Source of the DNA: an uncultured archaeon
GTDB lineage: Archaea; Asgardarchaeota; Lokiarchaeia; Sigyniarchaeales; SOKP01
NCBI GenBank assembly: GCA_964632315.1
Contig: CAZWEM010000043.1
Coordinates: 1-42,013 of the forward strand
Reading direction: 5' to 3'
Length of the DNA stretch: 42,013 nt
The notes under the pieces are model-generated. The model made no database searches and was not told where the DNA came from. It saw only the letters and a program-made list of their open reading frames with translations. How positions within the stretch are numbered: position 1 is the first letter of the stretch; each line of letters begins with the position of its first letter. Shown one piece after another: positions 18,762 through 28,214 of this stretch. Made by a program: the position numbers and the translations under genes.

Positions 18762-19526
18762 ATGGGTGAATATGAGACTTTAGATGCTTCAATAAATAAA
18801 TTTCTTAGATTAGCTACATTCTCAGTAGCAATAAAGCTATTCGAGTTTCCCGACGAGTTAGAATCGATCCAATTTTTAAAAAAACCAGAAAAAGATATAG
18901 CTTTATGTCAAATTTTTAGTTACGCGAGATATTATGGTTGGACTATGGGTTGTACGAAAGAGGATAATATTTGTCCGCTTGCTGATATAGCATTAGGATT
19001 TGAAAAAAGAAGTAAATTATTTGAAGAGGGGGCATTTTTTATTGGAAGATATAACTCTAATAAAAAAGCCGCTAAAAAAACCTCTGCTTCAATGTCTAAC
19101 ATCCCTTATGGAAAATTTAGCGCGATTGTTGCTGGCGCTTTAAGTCGAATAGATTTTTTACCGGATTTAATTTTGATCTGGGGAAATTCAGCTCAAATAA
19201 TGCGAATAATACAAGGTTATTTATGGAATAAGGGGGGAAAGATCTCAATGTCAACATTCTGTGATGGAGTGTGCGCTGATACCATTAGCAATGCTATTAT
19301 TACTGGAGAGCTTCAAATTGCGTTTCCTTGTTTAGGAGATCGCAGATTTGGAATGGCTTTAGATAGCGATCTAATAGCCTCAATCCCTTTTGCTTTAATT
19401 GATGAGATCATCAAAGGAATGGCTGAAACCCATAAAGCAGGTACCAGATATCCCATTCCTTTTCAATTATCTACCCCAGAGTTTTTCCTTAAATTAAAAA
19501 AACGATTAAAACGAGTGAATAAATAA
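18762..19526 (+). CDS. DUF169 family protein
   Basis: VAIKL, LCQ...AR, ICP...ALG, PDLILIWGNSAQIMR, GVCAD, PCLGDR; start likely ATG 18762. Confidence 0.85.
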   Translation: MGEYETLDASINKFLRLATFSVAIKLFEFPDELESIQFLKKPEKDIALCQIFSYARYYGWTMGCTKEDNICPLADIALGFEKRSKLFEEGAFFIGRYNSNKKAAKKTSASMSNIPYGKFSAIVAGALSRIDFLPDLILIWGNSAQIMRIIQGYLWNKGGKISMSTFCDGVCADTISNAIITGELQIAFPCLGDRRFGMALDSDLIASIPFALIDEIIKGMAETHKAGTRYPIPFQLSTPEFFLKLKKRLKRVNK

Positions 19527-19569
19527 TCTTTTTTATAAAACAAAAATTGTTCCTAAATATCAGAACATA

Positions 19570-20451
19570 TTGAATTCAGAGGGGATTTTTACTATAAAAT
19601 CAAAATTAATAACGTTAGAAGAAGCAATTCAAGAGCATGTGAAAGATGGAGATTTAATTGGTATTGGAGGTCTATCTTTTTGGAGGAAGCCAATGGGCTT
19701 ATGTCGCGAACTCATTCGTCAATCTAAAAGGCAATTAACATTATGCACTTTTGTTGGTGGAATTGAAGTGGATATGCTGATTGGAGCAGGATTAATCTCT
19801 GAAATAAAGGCTTGTTTCGTTGGAATGGAGATTTTCGGAATGGCGCCAAATTATCGAAAGGCAGTCGAATCTGGATCTATTAAGGTATCTGAAGAATCAG
19901 AGGCAACAATTGCTTTAGGATTAAGAGCATCGTATCTTAAAGTCCCTTTTATGCCATTAAAAGGAATTATTGGTACTGATTTTCTCAAAGTGAGAGATGA
20001 TATTAAAGAAATAGAAGATCCCCTTGGTTCAGGAACACGAGTTGTTGCTGTACCTAAAATTGATTTGGATGTTGCTTTATTACACGTACCATATGCAGAC
20101 GAATATGGAAATTGCAATATTGCGGGTGCTGTTTGGATGGATGATGACATAGCAAAAACTGCAAAGAAAACTATAGTTACTGCAGAAAGGATCGTGGAAA
20201 CTGAAGATATTAGATATTTACCAGGTAAAGCTCAATTGCCCCAGCAAACCACTAAAGCAGTGGTGAAACTACCGTTTGGAGCACATCCTACATCTTGTTA
20301 TGATAAATATACGTTTGATGCTACTCACATTCAATCCTATCTAAATATGGATTTCGAAAAGTACAAGCAAAATTACATCGACTTAGCTTCTCATTCGGAA
20401 TACTTAGATCGTGCGGGAGGAGCAAAAATGATCTTAGATATCCTATTATGA
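19570..20451 (+). CDS. Family I CoA-transferase-like alpha subunit (GctA/IpdA-like)
   Basis: GIGG...RKPM, DMLIGAG, LRASYLKVPFMP, DVALLH...DEYGN, PFGAHPTSC. Confidence 0.9.
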   Translation: MNSEGIFTIKSKLITLEEAIQEHVKDGDLIGIGGLSFWRKPMGLCRELIRQSKRQLTLCTFVGGIEVDMLIGAGLISEIKACFVGMEIFGMAPNYRKAVESGSIKVSEESEATIALGLRASYLKVPFMPLKGIIGTDFLKVRDDIKEIEDPLGSGTRVVAVPKIDLDVALLHVPYADEYGNCNIAGAVWMDDDIAKTAKKTIVTAERIVETEDIRYLPGKAQLPQQTTKAVVKLPFGAHPTSCYDKYTFDATHIQSYLNMDFEKYKQNYIDLASHSEYLDRAGGAKMILDILL

Positions 20452-20474
20452 CTTTCTTGATAGGATTTTGGTTC

Positions 20475-20903
20475 TTAATCATTTAATTTTAGATATTCTA
20501 CTAATCTATTTAGCACAATAAGATTATATTCCCAATTTAAGAAATTTCTAGCTTCCGCTTCAGTGCACCACTTATATTCTTGATGTTCATTACTCAAAGT
20601 GATTTTTCTTTTTTTATTGATCTCAACGGCAAAACAAATTTCTTTCATCTTTGTAAGATTTCCGTGCCACATCGTTTCAAACGTAAAACTATAATTCAAG
20701 TTAATAATGTTTTTGAGTTCTTTTATCCCTGTTTCTTCAAATAATTCTCTCTTTACCGTGTCAATTGGTTTCTCTCCCCTCTCTATACCTCCACTTATAG
20801 GTTGCCAATAACTATTCCTTTCTGGGACTCTTTGTAAGATTAATATTCTAAATATTGGAGTTTTTGTGAACACTAAGACTTGGACATTAATTCGCCCAAT
20901 CAT
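20475..20903 (-). CDS. NUDIX hydrolase (NudB-like)
   Basis: WQPISGGIERGE...RELFEETGI Nudix box; LSNEHQEYKW. Confidence 0.9.
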   Translation of the reverse strand: MIGRINVQVLVFTKTPIFRILILQRVPERNSYWQPISGGIERGEKPIDTVKRELFEETGIKELKNIINLNYSFTFETMWHGNLTKMKEICFAVEINKKRKITLSNEHQEYKWCTEAEARNFLNWEYNLIVLNRLVEYLKLND

Positions 20904-20971
20904 AGTTATAAATAATCAAAAAAATTATTTTAATAATTTTGGTTAACTTATATTTAAGATTAATTCTTCAA

Positions 20972-21475
20972 TTAAGCACTGGTATATTCCCTATTTTTGG
21001 AAAAAAAACCTAAACCAATTAGACCAGCACCTATAAAAGGCAAAATTATACCTAGAAAAGGTGTGTATCCACCACCAGTAAGAATCCAATGATTGTACCC
21101 ACTTGAATTATAAAAACCTTCCATCATAAAAATCCAAAATAGAGTCGAAGCTACAATTAACAATGCCATAACGAGACTCGTCCATCTGAGTTTCTTAAAA
21201 CTCAATGAGTTTCGAATATGAACAATAGTGAGTGTTATTGTTATAATTGAGCTTGTAATAATAATTAACATTAATATCCAAGAAACCAATACAAGTATCA
21301 CATCAGTTCTTAAAAGGTATATTGCCAGAGGTTCAGCATCAACACCTATCTGTGTCATCCAAACATAATAAAGAGTCGGAGTTGTATCATTAAAGCTGGT
21401 TGGAATTAAAACTGAAATAAATGATAAAATTCCTCCTAAAATGCTAAAAACCCAAAAATAATATCTAATTCTCAA
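20972..21475 (-). CDS. Hypothetical membrane protein (about 4 TM)
   Basis: Four hydrophobic segments in an intact ORF. Confidence 0.7.
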   Translation of the reverse strand: MRIRYYFWVFSILGGILSFISVLIPTSFNDTTPTLYYVWMTQIGVDAEPLAIYLLRTDVILVLVSWILMLIIITSSIITITLTIVHIRNSLSFKKLRWTSLVMALLIVASTLFWIFMMEGFYNSSGYNHWILTGGGYTPFLGIILPFIGAGLIGLGFFSKNREYTSA

Positions 21476-21589
21476 TTTAAATCATATTGTTAAATTTAAT
21501 ATAATTATTTTTAGCGAAGCAGCATAAATTAAAAAGGCTTCTGGTCTTCTATAAGTATATTTTAAAACCGATTTAAATGCTTAACTGCG

Positions 21590-22942
21590 ATGTCTGTTCA
21601 AATTTCGACTAAAGAAGAAATAATGGCGTGGATAACGAGTATCTATAAACAAGGTATCCGAAGACCTGGCTATGATGCTGATTACTGGGTTGAAACTTGG
21701 ATTAAGGAAAAATTGGAAGCTTTTGATTTTAATCAGATTACTCTTCAAACGCTTAAAATTAAGAGATGGAGATTTGAGAATCCTAAACTGCAAGTATGGA
21801 AAGGTGATAATCCTGAAGATGTTTTAGAGATTCCTTGTTTTCCCATTCCATATACAGCATCAGCAAAAGATGTAAATGGACAAATAACTAAAAATCAAAA
21901 AGAGGATTTAAGTGGAAAAATAATCCTAAACCGCTTTAATCTTATTAAATTACCAACGTCTTCTTTAAAAAGTCTTTCAAATAGATATTACGATCCTAGA
22001 GATGAATTTGATTCGCTTGATCAACTCATGCCGACTGGCTTTTTTAATAATCTAATGCAAGATGCGATACACGGGGGCGCTTCTGCTTTCATTGGATATA
22101 TCAGTAATTATCCTTGGGAAACTCAAGATTATTACGCTCCGTACGATGCTTTAGAAAAGAAAATACCTGGGGTTTGGATCAGCCCTAAAAATGGCAGGAA
22201 ATTAAATAATATGTTATTGAATAATCCAATTCATGCCAAGATCAATTACGAAGCTCAAATTGAAAGAGTTCAAACAAATAATATCTTTGGAATTTTAGAA
22301 GGTACATCAGATGAGTGGGTGATCATTAGCACGCATCATGATGCACCTTGGGCGTCTGCTACAGAAGAGGCTTCAGGCATCGCGCTAGTTCTTGCTCAAG
22401 CTAAATATTGGTCAGAAGTTCCTAAAAAAGACCGCCCCTTTAATCTCCTTTTCTTATGGAATTGTGCTCACATGGCAGGAGGGAAAGGCGGAAGATTTTT
22501 TGTAAAAAAAAATAAAAAATTACTTGAAAAGGTTGTGGTTTCTATTGTACTTGAACATGTGGCTCGAGATTGTAAAAAAGAAGAGGGAAAATTAATTCCA
22601 CTAAACGATCCCGTAGTAAGATGGTGGTTTACAACAAAAAACTCAGTATTGCAAAATATTACTCTTAAAGCTATCAAGAAAGAAGATTTATATCGTTCTA
22701 TAATCATGCCAACTGAAGGATTTCCTCCAGGATCGAAATATCCCCCTACAGATGCAGCTCAATTTCATCTTGCGGGAGTTCCAATTATTTCACTTCTCTC
22801 AGCACCACCATATCTCTTCGATCCTGCAGATACATTAGATAAAGTACATACATCTAGCTTAGAACCGATAACGAGAGCTGTTATTTACATTATTCAACAA
22901 CTCAAAGGTAAAAGGGCTTCAGAAACAAGAAGACAACTTTAA
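21590..22942 (+). CDS. M28-like peptidase/amidohydrolase with PA-like insert and atypical metal ligands
   Basis: RRPG, IPGVWISP, NNIFGIL, STHHDA, EEASG, PPTDA, DPADTLDKV. Confidence 0.78.
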   Translation: MSVQISTKEEIMAWITSIYKQGIRRPGYDADYWVETWIKEKLEAFDFNQITLQTLKIKRWRFENPKLQVWKGDNPEDVLEIPCFPIPYTASAKDVNGQITKNQKEDLSGKIILNRFNLIKLPTSSLKSLSNRYYDPRDEFDSLDQLMPTGFFNNLMQDAIHGGASAFIGYISNYPWETQDYYAPYDALEKKIPGVWISPKNGRKLNNMLLNNPIHAKINYEAQIERVQTNNIFGILEGTSDEWVIISTHHDAPWASATEEASGIALVLAQAKYWSEVPKKDRPFNLLFLWNCAHMAGGKGGRFFVKKNKKLLEKVVVSIVLEHVARDCKKEEGKLIPLNDPVVRWWFTTKNSVLQNITLKAIKKEDLYRSIIMPTEGFPPGSKYPPTDAAQFHLAGVPIISLLSAPPYLFDPADTLDKVHTSSLEPITRAVIYIIQQLKGKRASETRRQL

Positions 22943-23088
22943 AGTTTCTAATTCATTTTCTATTTTTAAGTTTAAATCAACCTTTTTTTAGTGATAATTA
23001 GTGTATATTAATACGACTTTAGAAACACTCAATAATCTAAGCTCGTGTTATATTGTAAAGTTTATGAAAAAAATAAGTGAGTTAAAGT

Positions 23089-23862
23089 ATGCAAAATAAT
23101 GAAACTATTGAACTAATAAATAAGCGACGAACTATCCGTGCTTATAATTCTAAACCACTTACTAATCAAGAAGAGAATATTATTATACAGGCCGCAATGA
23201 GAGCTCCGACCGCTGGAAATCTGATGCTTTACTCTGTTTTAAAAATTAGTGACCAAAAGTTGAAAGATAAGTTAGCTATTACCTGTGATAATCAACCTCA
23301 CATAGCAAAAGCCCCCTTAGTTTTAATATTCTTAGCTGATGTACAAAGGTGGTGGGATTATTTTAAAATCTGTGATGTACAACAGAAATGTGATAAAATG
23401 AAAGTCAATTTTGAACTCCCACAAGAATCTGATTTACTTTTAGCATGTTGTGATGCCTTAATTGCTGCACAAAATGCAGTTGTTGCAGCTGAAGCTTTAG
23501 GAATTGGCTCATGTTATATTGGAGATATAATGGAGAATTATGAAACTCATAAGGAAATCCTTAATTTACCCAATTGGGTTTTCCCGATAACCTTAATTTG
23601 TTTTGGGCATCCAAAAGGAGATAAAGAAAAAATACCACTTAAGTCTCGTTTTCCTCAAAACTATATTGTTCATGATAACGTATATCATAGGTTAAACGGA
23701 GAGGATTATAAAAAGATGTTTAAAGGAGTTGAAAGAATGAGGATTATTGAATATGCGGAAAACCTCGGACAGCAAATTTATTTTGAAAAACTTGGAGCTG
23801 ATTTTTCTAAAGAAATGCGACGTTCAGTGAAAGCTGCATTACAAGAATGGATTAGTAAATAA
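23089..23862 (+). CDS. Nitroreductase / NADPH-flavin oxidoreductase (NfsA/FRP-like)
   Basis: RRTIRAY, RAPTAGNL, DALIAAQN...AEALGIGSCYIG, FGHP, KSRFP. Confidence 0.92.
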   Translation: MQNNETIELINKRRTIRAYNSKPLTNQEENIIIQAAMRAPTAGNLMLYSVLKISDQKLKDKLAITCDNQPHIAKAPLVLIFLADVQRWWDYFKICDVQQKCDKMKVNFELPQESDLLLACCDALIAAQNAVVAAEALGIGSCYIGDIMENYETHKEILNLPNWVFPITLICFGHPKGDKEKIPLKSRFPQNYIVHDNVYHRLNGEDYKKMFKGVERMRIIEYAENLGQQIYFEKLGADFSKEMRRSVKAALQEWISK

Positions 23863-23895
23863 TATATATAAAATTAAAATTTTAGTAGAATAGAA

Positions 23896-24777
23896 ATGAC
23901 AGAATTTGCAAAAAGTTATACCACGGATGAACTGATGACAGTTTTAATGTCAAGAGAAGTCCGTAATGATGATGTAATGATTGTAGGGGTTGCAACACCC
24001 ATGGTATGGGCCGCTTTCACCTTAGCAAAATTAACACACGCACCAGATGCTATATATCATTATATCATGGGAAACACGTTCGTAAGAGAAGCTCGTCAAG
24101 TTTCCCTCTTATACCTTGAAATGAATACTACCAGAGCTTATAGATTTCAGAACAGCTGCGAATGTACTTTGGAATCATTGCCATCTGAAAAATTGACAAC
24201 AATTGAGTTTTTCCGACCTGCTCAAGTAGACCAATATGGAAACACGAACAATATATGTATAGGAGACTGGAATAAACCGAAAATTCGATTACCAGGATGT
24301 GCTGGAATAGCGGATTTTAGCATGTTTTATTCACGTGGCTCATTTCTATATACACCTCGACATGATACCAGAACATTCGTTCCATCTGAACAACTTTATT
24401 TTATATCAGGTGTAGGATTTCCAGAGGGAAAATATAGTATTTGTGGAGGTGCTGGTCCTCAATGCGTCATTACGAATTTAGCATACCTTGATTTTGATGA
24501 AGAAACAAAGAAAATGAGATTGAAATCAATCCATCCTGATTTTGAGCTTGAACATATCAAAAAGTCTACTGGTTTTGATATGATAATACCTGAAGATGTG
24601 GATTGTACTAAACCTCCAACTGTGGATGAATTAAGGTTATTAAGGGAGAAAGTAGATCCTTTGGGAATCAGAAAACTTGAAGTCCTCGCGGGTAAAGAGA
24701 GAGAAGAACTCTTAGATCATATAATTCAAAAAGAAAAGCAATTTGTCAATCGATTTCCTAAAATCATTCAATATTAA
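23896..24777 (+). CDS. Family I CoA-transferase-like beta subunit (GctB/IpdB-like)
   Basis: VGVATP, AKLTHAP, AQVDQYGNTN, RLPGCAG, GPQCVITNL, IHP, TGF, PPT..EL..LR..VDP. Confidence 0.9.
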   Translation: MTEFAKSYTTDELMTVLMSREVRNDDVMIVGVATPMVWAAFTLAKLTHAPDAIYHYIMGNTFVREARQVSLLYLEMNTTRAYRFQNSCECTLESLPSEKLTTIEFFRPAQVDQYGNTNNICIGDWNKPKIRLPGCAGIADFSMFYSRGSFLYTPRHDTRTFVPSEQLYFISGVGFPEGKYSICGGAGPQCVITNLAYLDFDEETKKMRLKSIHPDFELEHIKKSTGFDMIIPEDVDCTKPPTVDELRLLREKVDPLGIRKLEVLAGKEREELLDHIIQKEKQFVNRFPKIIQY

Positions 24778-24805
24778 TCTGGTTAGCATCAAAACTAAAA
24801 AAACA

Positions 24806-24820
24806 GTTCGAAAACCGAAC
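24806..24820. promoter_or_regulatory. Inverted repeat GTTCG-N5-CGAAC, possible operator
   Basis: Perfect 5-bp inverted repeat upstream of the ICMT-like / membrane wHTH gene pair. Confidence 0.3.
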
Positions 24821-24875
24821 CTTATTTCTTTTAAAGTATTGTTTTAATCATTAAAATAGCAGATAAATTTTAAAA

Positions 24876-25481
24876 GTGCAAAAAATGGTTAAAAACAAAA
24901 TTAGACTAAAAATTATTTCGAACTGGTTTACCTTTAATATCCTTTCGATAATGATATTATTAACTCAATATGTTGGTTGTGCCTCGGTATGGATGGGAAT
25001 TATGTCAATTCCATTAATTTCTTATATAATCCTATTTTTTCAAAATCCTTTAATTTTGCAACTCGATCTTAGGTTTTTTTTAGGATTTCACGGAGCTTAT
25101 ATTGCATATTTTGGATTAGGCTTTTATTTTTATTGTTTAATATATAAATTTAGTCATCGCAACAAATTAATTAAAACAGGCCCATATAGATTGATTCGCC
25201 ATCCACAATATTTAGCTTTCATTATTTTCACATTTGGGTTAACTTCAATATCACTCCAAACATCTCCTATAACTGATTTATTCATCCCTTTAGAATTTGA
25301 TAACTATTTTATGATTAATGGCTATCTTTTAATTTTTTACATTTGGATAGTAGAGGTTTTGGCATATGCATTTCTTGCTAAAGTGGAGGAGCATGCATTA
25401 AAGACTAAATATAGTGATGAATATTTAGAATATGCAAACGAAGTTGGATTCATGATCCCAAAATTCTTTTCAACAAATTAG
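24876..25481 (+). CDS. Isoprenylcysteine carboxyl methyltransferase / PEMT-family membrane methyltransferase
   Basis: LIKTGPYRLIRHPQY, EE..L..KY..EY..Y....GFMIP. Confidence 0.85.
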   Translation: MQKMVKNKIRLKIISNWFTFNILSIMILLTQYVGCASVWMGIMSIPLISYIILFFQNPLILQLDLRFFLGFHGAYIAYFGLGFYFYCLIYKFSHRNKLIKTGPYRLIRHPQYLAFIIFTFGLTSISLQTSPITDLFIPLEFDNYFMINGYLLIFYIWIVEVLAYAFLAKVEEHALKTKYSDEYLEYANEVGFMIPKFFSTN

Positions 25482-25517
25482 TAATAATTTAGAATGATAT
25501 TTTCGTCGGAGGCAATT

Positions 25518-26228
25518 ATGACTAAAAGAGATAAATCGCTTTATATTAAATTTCTCCAGATTTTTTTAATAATAACTGTAATGGGTAGCCTTATTATTCT
25601 TGCTACTCTACTTAAAGAAAGTAGCGATTCATTCTCTCTGGATATTAAAACCCAAAATTTTATAGAATCTTTAATTATACTAGCAATCTCATCCTTATCA
25701 ATAACATTAGCAATCACATTAGTACTAAGTCTAAATGAGTATAAGCAAAAATTTATTCATAAAAGAACCATTTCAGCTGGTCGCTCTTACCTTTCAATGG
25801 AGGATATCTTTCAAAATGAAAATAGAATTAAGATTGTTAAAGAGATTATAAATAAACCCGGAATCCATCATAACGAATTAATGAGAACATGTGATTTGCA
25901 AAGTGGGCAATTGCAATGGCATTTGGATATATTGCTGATAAATCAAATCATTAAGAAACAAACTAAAGGGCAATATTCTCTTTACTTTCCAAACTTGAAG
26001 TCATTTGAGGAGCCATTAGAAAGTAAAAAAGGAATTATTAGAAATTCTAGTAGTCATAATGTTCTAGAAATTATTAGAAATAACCCAGGAATTACTTCGA
26101 GCATAATTGCAAAAAAGACCCATCTAGCTAAAAACACGATAAAATATCATGTTGATAAATTACTTGAATTAAAGTTGATCTATACTAAAAGAGTTGGTCG
26201 CAAAAAAGAATTATATCTTCTAGATTAA
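25518..26228 (+). CDS. Membrane-anchored transcriptional regulator with two winged-HTH domains
   Basis: Two N-terminal TM segments; NENRIKI...PGIHHNEL...LQWHL and NPGIT..IA....NTIKYHV; GGAGG upstream of ATG 25518. Confidence 0.85.
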   Translation: MTKRDKSLYIKFLQIFLIITVMGSLIILATLLKESSDSFSLDIKTQNFIESLIILAISSLSITLAITLVLSLNEYKQKFIHKRTISAGRSYLSMEDIFQNENRIKIVKEIINKPGIHHNELMRTCDLQSGQLQWHLDILLINQIIKKQTKGQYSLYFPNLKSFEEPLESKKGIIRNSSSHNVLEIIRNNPGITSSIIAKKTHLAKNTIKYHVDKLLELKLIYTKRVGRKKELYLLD

Positions 26229-26243
26229 AAAGATTAAAAAAAA

Positions 26244-27509
26244 TTATTCACTTTTGATTTCTCTATATTCCTTTGCTTTAATGATTGGCAAAATCGCTAA
26301 AAGGATGATAAATGCTGCTACAAAGTAAATTTGAGGTGGTGGAACTAAACCTGTTACACCTTCAATATCTATTTTATAACCCCAGATTTCTGCAATCAAG
26401 TTGCCAATAAACGGTCCGATGAGCATCCCAATTAACACGTTAAATATTAAATAATAACCTTGAAAATGTCCAGCTTTATCCTTTGGAAATAAATCATTCA
26501 CCCACGTTTGAGCCGCAATTTGCCAAGTCGTCATTCCCAGTACCCACAATATCCCAAAAATGATCAATAAAGTTAAATCAGTAGTAAAAGAAAAGAGAAT
26601 TAAGGATACACTTATGAAAAATACCGAATAAATAGCGAATTTCTTTCTACCAACTCGATCAACGAGTTTCCCAATAGGTATTCCTAGTATAATCGATACT
26701 AATAATGCAATAAAAATGACTAAAGATGACATAGTTAAATCGAGACCTATGTAGTGCTGAAGATATATGATTATGAAAGGAAAGAATACATTGAATCCTA
26801 TAGCCCAAATCCCTATTGAAAGTAAAACCATAAATATATTTTTATTTTCCCTGATATTATCAACTCTAAACGTGCTCTTAATGTGATCCCAATATTTCAT
26901 ATCCAAGGGTTTTAAATCTGGCGAGTCTTTAGCTACATATGATCCACTTAAGCCTAAAATTCCTGTTACAATTCCAATTAAAATAAAGAAAATGTAATAT
27001 CCAAAAGCAGCAATGATGAAACCTGAGATCCCATAAGTTATAAGAGTAGCCACCAAAGTCATAATTTCATTTATTGCGACAGCCTTACCCCTATTATCTA
27101 AAGTTGATACATCTATAATGTATGCTCTGTAAGCTGCATCATAAGCAGTTGCTCCAAAAAACGACATTATGCTATCAAAAAGAATTGCTGTTGTTACAGC
27201 CATTAATACAGTAGTAATAAAAGCAGCAAAAGGAAACATTGCTGTAGTAATTGCCCAGAATATGAAGCTATAAAACATAAATTTCCTCCTCGTTCCTTTA
27301 ATATCACTCAAGGCTCCCATAAACATTGCCGTGAAAGTTGAAACTACTGCGGTTATAGCTACCATTAAAGAAACGTAAAATGGAATTGGAGCAATTACAT
27401 TATAGAGAAATACGTTATAGTATTGATTTTCCACGCCAAAAGCTATATTTCCTGCTAATGCAATTAAATACAAAGAAGTTGTCGTAGATCTTGAAAATTT
27501 AGTGCTCAT
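26244..27509 (-). CDS. MFS transporter
   Basis: About 12 TM segments; GALSD..GTRR and GKLVDRVGRK. Confidence 0.9.
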   Translation of the reverse strand: MSTKFSRSTTTSLYLIALAGNIAFGVENQYYNVFLYNVIAPIPFYVSLMVAITAVVSTFTAMFMGALSDIKGTRRKFMFYSFIFWAITTAMFPFAAFITTVLMAVTTAILFDSIMSFFGATAYDAAYRAYIIDVSTLDNRGKAVAINEIMTLVATLITYGISGFIIAAFGYYIFFILIGIVTGILGLSGSYVAKDSPDLKPLDMKYWDHIKSTFRVDNIRENKNIFMVLLSIGIWAIGFNVFFPFIIIYLQHYIGLDLTMSSLVIFIALLVSIILGIPIGKLVDRVGRKKFAIYSVFFISVSLILFSFTTDLTLLIIFGILWVLGMTTWQIAAQTWVNDLFPKDKAGHFQGYYLIFNVLIGMLIGPFIGNLIAEIWGYKIDIEGVTGLVPPPQIYFVAAFIILLAILPIIKAKEYREIKSE

Positions 27510-27604
27510 TCTAAATATCCTCCTAATGCATTAAAATTTTAATAGTACAATTTTTAATATGATTCAAAATTAAGATTAGTTAATTTAATTTTTGGAAGTT
27601 TAAT

Positions 27605-28213
27605 ATGGCAGAAATTGTCTCAACAATCAACTTTGCATCATTATTGATTGCTTCTATTTTAAGTTTCTATTTTTATATAAGAAGCGTGACGCCACTTACC
27701 CTTCAGAAAAAAATAGGGGATAAAGCTTGGAAAATCTCTAATCGTTATCGAATTCTCGCCGATACTTTTTGGACTATTTTAATTGTAAATCTAATTTTAT
27801 GGATTTGGTTTCCCTTAAATTATATCAATTATCCAATCACTGATAATTATCTTATATTGTTAATAGTATCTCTAATTTTAATGGTTCCCTTCATTATTAT
27901 AACGATAAAAGCTTTTCAAGACGCTGGAACAGAAACTGTTAAGGCATCGGAGAAAACTGAAATGTATGGAGGAATATATAATTATATAAGACATCCTCAA
28001 ATGTTAGGGGCGACGCCAATAATTTTATTAATCTGTTGTCTTTTGAATTCACTTACTCTTTTAATAATATTCATTATTTTAATGCTAATAATTGTGCCAA
28101 TAGTAATTTATTACGAAGAAAAAGATTTAATCCTTCGATTTGGAGATTCTTATTTAGAATATCGCAAAAAAACAGGGGCAATAATCCCCAAATTCTGGAA
28201 TAAAAAGAAATAA
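27605..28213 (+). CDS. Isoprenylcysteine carboxyl methyltransferase / PEMT-family membrane methyltransferase
   Basis: GIYNYIRHPQ, EEKDLILRFGDSYLEYRKKTGAIIP. Confidence 0.87.
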   Translation: MAEIVSTINFASLLIASILSFYFYIRSVTPLTLQKKIGDKAWKISNRYRILADTFWTILIVNLILWIWFPLNYINYPITDNYLILLIVSLILMVPFIIITIKAFQDAGTETVKASEKTEMYGGIYNYIRHPQMLGATPIILLICCLLNSLTLLIIFIILMLIIVPIVIYYEEKDLILRFGDSYLEYRKKTGAIIPKFWNKKK

Positions 28214-28214
28214 A

